Shown: positions 10,204 through 17,571 of the stretch, in pieces
Layout: each line of letters begins with the position of its first letter
Position numbering within the stretch: position 1 is the stretch's first letter
From: Candidatus Krumholzibacteriia bacterium
GTDB lineage: Bacteria; Krumholzibacteriota; Krumholzibacteriia; JAJRXK01
Assembly (NCBI GenBank): GCA_041484665.1
Contig: JBGPIA010000021.1
Location: 1-64,000, forward strand
DNA: 64,000 nucleotides
Direction of reading: 5' to 3'
Notes under the pieces: generated by a model
The model's database searches: none
Seen by the model: the letters and a program-made list of their open reading frames with translations, nothing else
Told to the model about the DNA's origin: nothing
Program-made: the position numbers and the translations under genes

Positions 10204-11563
10204 GCTGCGCGTCGGCAGCGCGCCGCTCGCGTTTGGGGCGTGGCGGGCGGGGGATTCCCGCCAGCGCGAGCAGCAGCGGCAGGATGGGCCGGTCGAGCCC
10301 CAGCGCCGGGGGCCGCAGCGGCGGCAGGCGCAGCGGCCGCGGCAGAGGCCCCACCACCGGCAGTGGCATCCGCCAGAACAGCATCACCACGAGCAGGCGC
10401 GCCGCAGACGAAAGCGCGAACAGCGTGGCGTACGCGCGGTGGCCTGCTCCCAGCCGCGAAAGCAACAGGCCGCCGAGTAGACTCCCCACCGCCAGCGCGA
10501 TCGCGTTGGCGAGATTGAAGGAGGTGAGGATGCTCGTGCGCTCCTCCTCGGCCACAGCCTCCAGGAAGTGCAGCGCCATACCCAGCTCGTATGCCGCCCA
10601 GACCGTGCCCGCGCTGAGCTGCAGCGCCAGCAGGTAGGGATACGCGTCGGACACCATCCACAAGGCGGCCAAAGGGACGATCCCCAGCCCGCCCAGACGC
10701 AGCAGCGCTCGCGCTCCCGAGCGGCGGGCCAGCTCTCCCAACAGCGGCAGCGCCGCGATGCGCGCCACGTACGCCGACGCCACCAGCGCCATGTAGCGGG
10801 CGTAGGAGAGGCGCAGCTGCTGCAGCATATAGGGGTTGAAGTAGGGGCCGCAGATCTGCACCGAGATCTGGATGCCCAGCAGGTACAGCAGCAGCCGCTC
10901 GGGGCGGCGGCGCACCAGCCGCCGTGCGAGCTCGCGCCAGGCCACCTGGCGGCCGATATCCGCCGGCAATCCGGGCTCGCTCTGGCGGGCCAGCAGACGA
11001 GCCGACACCAGCCGGCTCGCGCCGGCCACGGCGAACAGAACGGCGAAGAGCCGCAAGGCCCCGCTGTGCCGCGCGCCCTCGTGCAGCAGCAGCCCGCCCA
11101 ACAGCACTCCGCCGAGCAAGGCCGCCTGCCCGGCGCGGGCGCGCCGCGCGAAGAAGCGCGCGCGCACCACCGGAGGGATGATGCGGCCGATCCACGTGTT
11201 CCACGCCGGGCCGGCCGCCATTCCGAAGCCCCAGTAGAGCGACGCGCACAGGAAGACCAGCGGCAATGGCAGGCGCCCGGCGAGGGCGGCGGCCATCAGC
11301 GGCAGGAAGCTCAGCGCCTGGATCGTGGCGCTGAGCACGACCCAGCGGCGGTGTGACTGCATGCGCCGCACCGCGGCGGGTCCACACAGCTGCAGCAGCG
11401 CGCCCGTGACCGGCGGCAGCGTGGCGATCAGCCCGGCCGCGACGCGTCCGTGGCCCAGCGCCAGCACGAAGGCGGGCAGGTAGGTCTCCCCGATGCCCAC
11501 CATCACGCTGAACGAAACGCCGTCCAGCAGGCATGCCTTCAGATCGTCGCGCAGCCGGGACAG
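10124..11563 (-). CDS. MFS transporter
   Basis: About 12 hydrophobic segments; N-terminal LRDDLKACLLDGVSFSVMVGIGETY; homology-like sequence extends upstream of GTG 11506, so a CTG start at 11563 is proposed. Confidence 0.85.
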   Translation of the reverse strand: MSRLRDDLKACLLDGVSFSVMVGIGETYLPAFVLALGHGRVAAGLIATLPPVTGALLQLCGPAAVRRMQSHRRWVVLSATIQALSFLPLMAAALAGRLPLPLVFLCASLYWGFGMAAGPAWNTWIGRIIPPVVRARFFARRARAGQAALLGGVLLGGLLLHEGARHSGALRLFAVLFAVAGASRLVSARLLARQSEPGLPADIGRQVAWRELARRLVRRRPERLLLYLLGIQISVQICGPYFNPYMLQQLRLSYARYMALVASAYVARIAALPLLGELARRSGARALLRLGGLGIVPLAALWMVSDAYPYLLALQLSAGTVWAAYELGMALHFLEAVAEEERTSILTSFNLANAIALAVGSLLGGLLLSRLGAGHRAYATLFALSSAARLLVVMLFWRMPLPVVGPLPRPLRLPPLRPPALGLDRPILPLLLALAGIPRPPRPKRERRAADAQLSRRPPGAPTPGDPPDAGPPLPPGSG

Positions 11564-11579
11564 GGCAGGTCCGGGGCGT

Positions 11580-11744
11580 CTAGAAGAGCGTGTAGATGAA
11601 TGGCGCGGAGATCTGCCCGACTACGATCAGCCCGATCATCAGCGCCAGCACCAGCACCAATGGAATGATCCAGTAGGCCTTGTGCGCGCGCGCGAACCGG
11701 AAGAACTCGCGCAGCAGGGTGGCACCGTATCGCAGCTTGCTCAT
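11580..11744 (-). CDS. DUF5989-family small membrane protein (54 aa), absent from the ORF track
   Basis: MSKLRYGATLLREFFRFARAHKAYWIIPLVLVLALMIGLIVVGQISAPFIYTLF*; characteristic KxYWxxP and APFIYTLF end; GAAGGA RBS upstream. Confidence 0.9.
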   Translation of the reverse strand: MSKLRYGATLLREFFRFARAHKAYWIIPLVLVLALMIGLIVVGQISAPFIYTLF

Positions 11745-11784
11745 CGCTGATTCCTTCCCGGGGCCGCACGCAGCGCCCTGGCCC

Positions 11785-13614
11785 TCAGTCCAGGGTGAAG
11801 ACCTCGCGCCAGTTCTCCTTGTCCTGCCAGTTGGGCTGGTCGGGCTTGTTCAAGACGAACGGGCCCAGCACCAGTCGGTCCATCTCCGTGCGCATGAAGC
11901 AGCGGTAGGCGTCCTGTGGCGTGCAGACGATGGGCTCCCCGCGTACGTTGAAACTGGTATTGATGATGACCCCACACCCCGTCATGCGCTCGAACTCCGT
12001 GAGGATGGCGTGATAGCGCGGGTTGGTCTCGCGGCTGACCGACTGGATGCGCGCCGAGTAGTCCACGTGCGTGATCGCGGGCAGGTCGGAGCGCGGGCGG
12101 TTCACCCATTGGTGCACGTCGAGGTCGCGCTCGTCCCCCGCCGGGCGCAGGCACCGTTCCGGGCGCACCTGCGCTACCAGCAGCATGTACGGGGACGGGC
12201 GGTCCAGCTCGAAGTACTCCGCAATGCGCTCCTGGAGGCAGGAGGGCGCGAACGGACGGAAGCTCTCCCGGAACTTGATCTTCAGGTTCATGATGGACTG
12301 CATCTTCGGCGAGCGTGCGTCGCCGACGATCGAGCGGTTGCCCAGCGCCCGCGGGCCGAATTCCATGCGACCGTGCACCAGCCCCACCACGTGCTGGTCG
12401 GCGATCAGGCGTGCCACTGCGCGCGGCCACTGCGCGTCCGGGACCTCCGTGTAGGGATAGGCGTGGGCGTCGAGGAACTCCTTGATCTGGTCCCGGGTGA
12501 ATTCCGGCCCCAGATAGGCACCCTGCATCGCGTCGCGCAGCCCGTCGCTGCGCCGCGCGTTGCCCATGGCATTGTGCCAGATGGTCAACGCCGCGCCCAC
12601 CGCGCCGCCCGCATCGCCCGCCGCGGGCTGGATCCAGAGGTCGTCGAAGATCCCCTCGCGCAGGAGCCGTCCGTTGGCCACGCAGTTGAGCGCGACGCCT
12701 CCCGCCAGACACAGGTTCCGCTTGCCCGTGACCTCGCGGGCGTGGCGCGCGATGCGCAGGACGATCTCCTCGGTGACCTCCTGGATCGAGCGCGCCAGGT
12801 CCATCTCGCGGCGCGTAACCGGCCCCTCGGGCGGGCGTGGCGGACCGTCGAACAGCTCGGCGAAGCGACCACTGGTCATCACCAGGCCGCTGAGGTAGTC
12901 GAAGCAGTCCATCGCAAGGCGGAAGGACCCGTCCTCCTTCAGGTGGAGCAGCTCGCGCAGGATCGTGTCCTTGTAGGTCGGCTCACCGTAGGGCGCCAGG
13001 CCCATCAGCTTGTACTCCCCGGAGTTCACCCTGAATCCCGTGTAGTACGTGAACGCGGAGTAGAGCAGGCCCAGGGAGTGTGGGAAGCGGATCTCCTCCA
13101 GCAATCGCAGCCGGTGCCCCTCGCCCACGCCGATGGTCGCTGTCGACCATTCGCCGACGCCGTCCAGCGTCACGATCGCGGCCTCCGGAAACGGTGAGGG
13201 GTAGAAGGCGCTCGCCGCGTGCGACTCGTGGTGCTCCGGAAAGTACACGCGCCCCGGCGCGTCGACGCCGCAGTCGCGCAACGCGTCCTGGATCTGCGGC
13301 GTGACCCACAGACGATCCTTCAGCCACAGCGGCAGGGCCTTCATGTAAGGGCGCAAGCCGCGCGGGGCGACGGAGAAGTACGTTTCGAGGATGCGGTGGA
13401 ACTTCAGCATCGGCTTGTCGTAGAAGGCAACCGCGTCGAGCGCCGCGCCGTCCCCGGACTCTGCCAGGCAGTAGCGGACGGCGTGGTGGGGGAACCCGGC
13501 GTCGTGCTTCTTGCGCGTGAACCGCTCCTCCTGCGCGGCGGCCACGATCACGCCGTCCTCGACCAGACAGGCGGCCGAATCGTGGTAGTAGGCGCTGATA
13601 CCCAGGATCCGCAT
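11785..13614 (-). CDS. Carbamoyltransferase, NodU/CmcH family
   Basis: MRILGISAYYHDSAA, QEERFTRKKHD, EHHESHAASAF, DGVGE, GEYKLMGLAPYG, GGVALNCVANG, EFGPRALGNRS, KFRESFRPFAP, NTSFNVRGEP. Confidence 0.96.
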   Translation of the reverse strand: MRILGISAYYHDSAACLVEDGVIVAAAQEERFTRKKHDAGFPHHAVRYCLAESGDGAALDAVAFYDKPMLKFHRILETYFSVAPRGLRPYMKALPLWLKDRLWVTPQIQDALRDCGVDAPGRVYFPEHHESHAASAFYPSPFPEAAIVTLDGVGEWSTATIGVGEGHRLRLLEEIRFPHSLGLLYSAFTYYTGFRVNSGEYKLMGLAPYGEPTYKDTILRELLHLKEDGSFRLAMDCFDYLSGLVMTSGRFAELFDGPPRPPEGPVTRREMDLARSIQEVTEEIVLRIARHAREVTGKRNLCLAGGVALNCVANGRLLREGIFDDLWIQPAAGDAGGAVGAALTIWHNAMGNARRSDGLRDAMQGAYLGPEFTRDQIKEFLDAHAYPYTEVPDAQWPRAVARLIADQHVVGLVHGRMEFGPRALGNRSIVGDARSPKMQSIMNLKIKFRESFRPFAPSCLQERIAEYFELDRPSPYMLLVAQVRPERCLRPAGDERDLDVHQWVNRPRSDLPAITHVDYSARIQSVSRETNPRYHAILTEFERMTGCGVIINTSFNVRGEPIVCTPQDAYRCFMRTEMDRLVLGPFVLNKPDQPNWQDKENWREVFTLD

Positions 13615-13631
13615 CTCAGCTCCGCGCTGGC

Positions 13632-14156
13632 TCAGAACTGCCGCTCGTAGGCGGAGAGCGACGGCTCGCGTTGCGACCGCGTGTGCCAGTAGGTGGGTGC
13701 AGCCGGGTCGAACCAGCGCTGCAGGCCGTCGCGGCGCCCGCGCCGCAGCAACAGCCCGAAACCCAGGAAGAAGACGTAGAAGAGCGGCACCAGCAGCGCG
13801 TAGGTCAGCACGCGGCCCACCATGTGCCCCACGGCGTCCAGACCCGCCTGCAAGCGCGCATAGGCGCCCAACGGCGATGCAAGTGCGCAGCCGAGGTTGA
13901 CCACCGCCACGACGGCGATGATCCCGCCCATCGCCGAGTGGCGCAGCGCGAGCGCTGCTGTCATGGCCAGTGCCGCCACCAGCGTCTGCAGCGCGGCGCG
14001 CCTGCGCGCGTGGCGCATACGCTGCGGGGCGTCGCCCGCCCCGGCGGTCCGGCGCCAATGCCAGATTGCGGCGGCTGCCTCCGGGCGGCCGGCGCGGGAC
14101 TGCGGCGCCGGGCAGACGTCGTTGGGGGTCAAGGCGGTGGTGGTCACGATGGTCAC
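13632..14156 (-). CDS. SxtJ-family membrane protein
   Basis: Hydrophobic helices, G.LLRR...D.L, TYW, C-terminal YERQF; adjacent to carbamoyltransferase; start uncertain. Confidence 0.75.
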   Translation of the reverse strand: MTIVTTTALTPNDVCPAPQSRAGRPEAAAAIWHWRRTAGAGDAPQRMRHARRRAALQTLVAALAMTAALALRHSAMGGIIAVVAVVNLGCALASPLGAYARLQAGLDAVGHMVGRVLTYALLVPLFYVFFLGFGLLLRRGRRDGLQRWFDPAAPTYWHTRSQREPSLSAYERQF

Positions 14157-14468
14157 GGGATCGGCGGGGCAGGATCCAGGCTCGGCTCGGCCGTCTCGCC
14201 CGTCACGCGGGCATCGAGCCGGCGGGGAGGGCCGGGCCACTCGCGGCGTTGCCCACGAGTCTAGCAGAGCGCCCGGACCTGCGGCAAGCGACGACAGATC
14301 AAGGACATCCTGGCCCCGTCCCGAGCGCGTTCGAGAGCGCTGCAACGGCGGGCGGGGCTCGCTGGGGGTGGCGACCGCGCGCGGCGGGCTCTGGCGTCTT
14401 TGGCGCTCCGCCAAGCCAGCGATCCGGGGCGGCGCTGCGGCGGGGTGCCGCTGCGCCAAGGCGGCGCG

Positions 14469-15155
14469 TCACTTGACCGCGGTGTTGTGCGTGTCGTGGT
14501 TGCGGACGACGAGCATCAGGACCGCAACGGCCGCACCGCCCACGACCCAGGCTGCGGGGGAGCCCACCGTCGCGGCGAGCACACTGGGCCGCTCCACCTC
14601 CAGCGAGGCGATCTCGGTAAGCGCCACGCGTCGGGTGCCTCCGCCGCGGAGCGGCAGGTCGACCGCCGTATCGCCAAGCGCCCGGCGCGGCCCTGGGCCT
14701 GCGGTGTCCAGTGCCAGCGCCGTTCCATCGCGCAGCAGAACGTGGTCGACCCGGGGCTGTCTCTCCACCAGCAGCAGGTCCTCGGGCGTCAGGACGTCGA
14801 CGCGCGCGGTGCCTCCGGAGGGCTCGGCCAGCTCCACGCGTTTGACCGCTGAGATCTCCCAGGACTCCTCCGGCAGTGCGGGGGCGTCAGCGCCGCGCGC
14901 TCGTGAGGCGGCGGTGGTGCGCAGCACGGTCCCGTCGCGCAGCCGCAGCGAGTCCCCCGGCTCCAGATTCACCGCGCTGCCGTCCTCCAGCGTGAGCGCC
15001 TGTACGCGCTCCCACACCAGCGGCCTGCCCCGGCGGTCCACGGGATCGAGGCTGTAGATGCGCTGCGCCGGGCTGCAGCCGGCGAGCGCCACGGCCAACG
15101 GAGCGGCGAGCACGGTGGCGCCGCGGCGCAGCCACAGATGTGGGAGGAGGATCAT
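14469..15155 (-). CDS. Hypothetical lipoprotein with C-terminal TM helix
   Basis: Lipobox LAGC after hydrophobic signal; internal repeat-like (V..L.L.DG....L) halves; hydrophobic C-terminus. Confidence 0.65.
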   Translation of the reverse strand: MILLPHLWLRRGATVLAAPLAVALAGCSPAQRIYSLDPVDRRGRPLVWERVQALTLEDGSAVNLEPGDSLRLRDGTVLRTTAASRARGADAPALPEESWEISAVKRVELAEPSGGTARVDVLTPEDLLLVERQPRVDHVLLRDGTALALDTAGPGPRRALGDTAVDLPLRGGGTRRVALTEIASLEVERPSVLAATVGSPAAWVVGGAAVAVLMLVVRNHDTHNTAVK

Positions 15156-15363
15156 CGGTACGTGCGCGCCAGAACGTGCGGGCTGAGTCTGCGCGGGGAA
15201 GCCGTGCGCGCGGCAGGCTCCGCGCGGTGAGGCTAGCATCCCACGGCGCGTGGGGCAACGCCGCCGGCCGCCCTCCGGTCGGTGGCCCCGTGGGGGGCGA
15301 GTCGCGGCAGCCCCCCGGGGCAGCGCGCGCACCCCGCCCGTCGGGCGGCAGGCTGATCCGGGG

Positions 15364-15393
15364 TTGGCATCGGCGAGGGCTGGGGATTAGCTT
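15364..15393 (+). promoter_or_regulatory. Possible promoter of gap-gap-glgP operon
   Basis: TTGGCA - 18 nt - TAGCTT; strong GAGGAGGGAGG RBS before ATG 15474. Confidence 0.4.
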
Positions 15394-15473
15394 CACGGAC
15401 GCTGGCGCCGGTCCGCATTCGCGGCCGTGGCCGCCGGCGCTGACCCTGCAGCCAGGGAAGAGGAGGGAGGACC

Positions 15474-16502
15474 ATGGCGGTCCACATCGGACTGATGGGC
15501 TTCGGCCGCATCGGTCGCAACATCTTCCGGATCGTCTACCCCCACACCGACATCGAGATCAAGGCGATCGTGGATATCGCCGATGTGAAGGCGCTGGAAT
15601 ACCTGCTCAAGTTCGACACCGTCCTCGGGCGGTTCAAGGAGCCGGTCACGGTCAAGGGCGATGCGATGTACGCCAAGGGGCGCCAGATCCGCATGCTCAA
15701 CGCCCGCGAGCCCGGGGAGGTGGACTGGGCGGCGCTGGGCGTGGACGTAGTGGTGGAGGCCACCGGGCAGTACCGCACGCGCGAGCATCTGCAGCGCCAC
15801 CTGGACCGGGGGGCGCAGACGGTGATCCTAACCGTGCCGCCGCGCAACCCCGAGGACGTCGACGCGCTGGTGGTGTGTGGGGTCAACGACGAGTCCCTGA
15901 CCGCCGGGCATCGTATCGTGAGCAACGGCTCCTGCACGATCAACGCGGTTGCCCCCGTCCTCAAAATCCTCGACGACAGCTTCGGCGTGCAGCACGCGTT
16001 CATGACGTCCGTGCATGCCTACACCAACGACCAGCGGCTGGCCGACGTGCCGGGCAAGGACCTCCGCCGCAGCCGCGCCGCCGCCGAGAACATCATCCCC
16101 ACCCACACCTACTCGCCGCGCGGGATCGGGCGCATCCTGCCCCAGCTCGAGGGCAAGCTCAGCGGGATGGCGCTCAACGTGCCGGTGCCCGATGGCAGCA
16201 ACGTGGACCTGACCACGCTGCTCGCGCGCCCGGTGACCCGCGACGAGGTGAACGAAGTCGTACGCAGCGCCGCCGCGACCACCTATCGCTCCATCATCGA
16301 GTTCAGCGAGGACCCGCTGGTCTCCAGCGACGTCATCGGCAACGAGCACTCGGGGATCTTCGACAGTCTCAGCACCATGGTGGTGGGCGGCAACCTGGTG
16401 AAGACGGTCATCTGGTACGACAATGGCTGGGGCTACGCGAGCCGCGTCGTGGAGCTGATCCGCAAGGTGGACCAGCTCCACGCTGCCGTCGCGTCGCGCT
16501 GA
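15474..16502 (+). CDS. Divergent type I GAPDH-family protein
   Basis: GFGRIGR, SNGSCTINA, VHAYTNDQ, WYDNGWGY; several canonical active-site residues substituted. Confidence 0.92.
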   Translation: MAVHIGLMGFGRIGRNIFRIVYPHTDIEIKAIVDIADVKALEYLLKFDTVLGRFKEPVTVKGDAMYAKGRQIRMLNAREPGEVDWAALGVDVVVEATGQYRTREHLQRHLDRGAQTVILTVPPRNPEDVDALVVCGVNDESLTAGHRIVSNGSCTINAVAPVLKILDDSFGVQHAFMTSVHAYTNDQRLADVPGKDLRRSRAAAENIIPTHTYSPRGIGRILPQLEGKLSGMALNVPVPDGSNVDLTTLLARPVTRDEVNEVVRSAAATTYRSIIEFSEDPLVSSDVIGNEHSGIFDSLSTMVVGGNLVKTVIWYDNGWGYASRVVELIRKVDQLHAAVASR

Positions 16503-16533
16503 GGGCACCAGACGGCTACCGCAGGGAGAAGCC

Positions 16534-17541
16534 ATGATCAACATCGCGATCAACGGGTTCGGCCGCATCGGGCGCAGCGTGTTCCGCATCCTCAGCGCCC
16601 GTGATGACGTGTCGGTGGTGGCCATCAATGATGTCGCGCCCATCGAGAGCCTGGCGTACCTGCTCAAGTACGACACGGTGATGGGAACGTTCGCGGGCGA
16701 TGTGCGCATCGAGCACGGTACGCTGCGCGCCGGGACGCAGGTGTCGCGCATGACCGAAGTGCGCGAGATCGAACGGCTGCCCTGGAAGGAGCTGCGCGTC
16801 GACGTCGTGATCGAATCAACCGGGAAATTCACGACACGCGAGCAGCTGGAGAAGCACCTGGTGGCCGGGGCAAGGAAGGTACTGCTGACCGTGCCCGCCA
16901 AGGACTCCATCGACGCCACGATCGTGCGCGGCGTCAACGACTCCGACCTGCTCGCGACGCACCGTATCGTGAGCAATGCCTCGTGCACGACCAATTGTCT
17001 CGCGCCGGTGGCGAAGGTCCTCGATGACGCGTTCGGGATCCGCAAGGGAGTGATGACCACCGTCCACGCCTACACTAACGACCAGCGGCTGGCGGATGTT
17101 CCGCACAAGGACTTCCGTCGCAGCCGCGCCGCCGCCGAGAACATCATCCCCACCTCGACCGGCGCCGCGAAGGCGGTGGGGAAGGTGCTCCCCAAGCTGG
17201 CCGGAAAGCTGGACGGGATGGCCATGCGCGTTCCGGTCCCCGACGGGTCCATCGTGGACCTGGTGGTGGAGCTGGAGCGCCGCGCCGACGTCGCGGCGAT
17301 CAACGCTGCGGTGCGCAAGGCTGCCGAGGGGCCGATGCGCCGCGTACTGGAGTACTCCGAGGAGGCGCTGGTGAGCAGCGACATCATCGGCAACTCCCAT
17401 TCCAGCATCTTCGACGCTCCCAGCACGCAGGTGGGTGGCTTCAATCTTGCTCGCGTAGTGAGTTGGTACGACAACGAGTGGGGCTACAGCCACCGGGTCG
17501 TCGACCTGCTGGAGCGCATGGCCCAGCTGGGCGCCGCCTGA
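16534..17541 (+). CDS. gap: Type I glyceraldehyde-3-phosphate dehydrogenase
   Basis: INGFGRIGR, SNASCTTNCL, STGAAKAVG, GMAMRVP, WYDNEWGY. Confidence 0.97.
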   Translation: MINIAINGFGRIGRSVFRILSARDDVSVVAINDVAPIESLAYLLKYDTVMGTFAGDVRIEHGTLRAGTQVSRMTEVREIERLPWKELRVDVVIESTGKFTTREQLEKHLVAGARKVLLTVPAKDSIDATIVRGVNDSDLLATHRIVSNASCTTNCLAPVAKVLDDAFGIRKGVMTTVHAYTNDQRLADVPHKDFRRSRAAAENIIPTSTGAAKAVGKVLPKLAGKLDGMAMRVPVPDGSIVDLVVELERRADVAAINAAVRKAAEGPMRRVLEYSEEALVSSDIIGNSHSSIFDAPSTQVGGFNLARVVSWYDNEWGYSHRVVDLLERMAQLGAA

Positions 17542-17571
17542 CGGCGCGGACCCGGCCTCCGCGGAGAGAAC

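Noticed and set aside
11580..14156. Saxitoxin biosynthesis cluster (sxtI/J/K-like genes)
   Set aside because: No sxtA/sxtG or other core genes; this trio is widespread outside toxin producers
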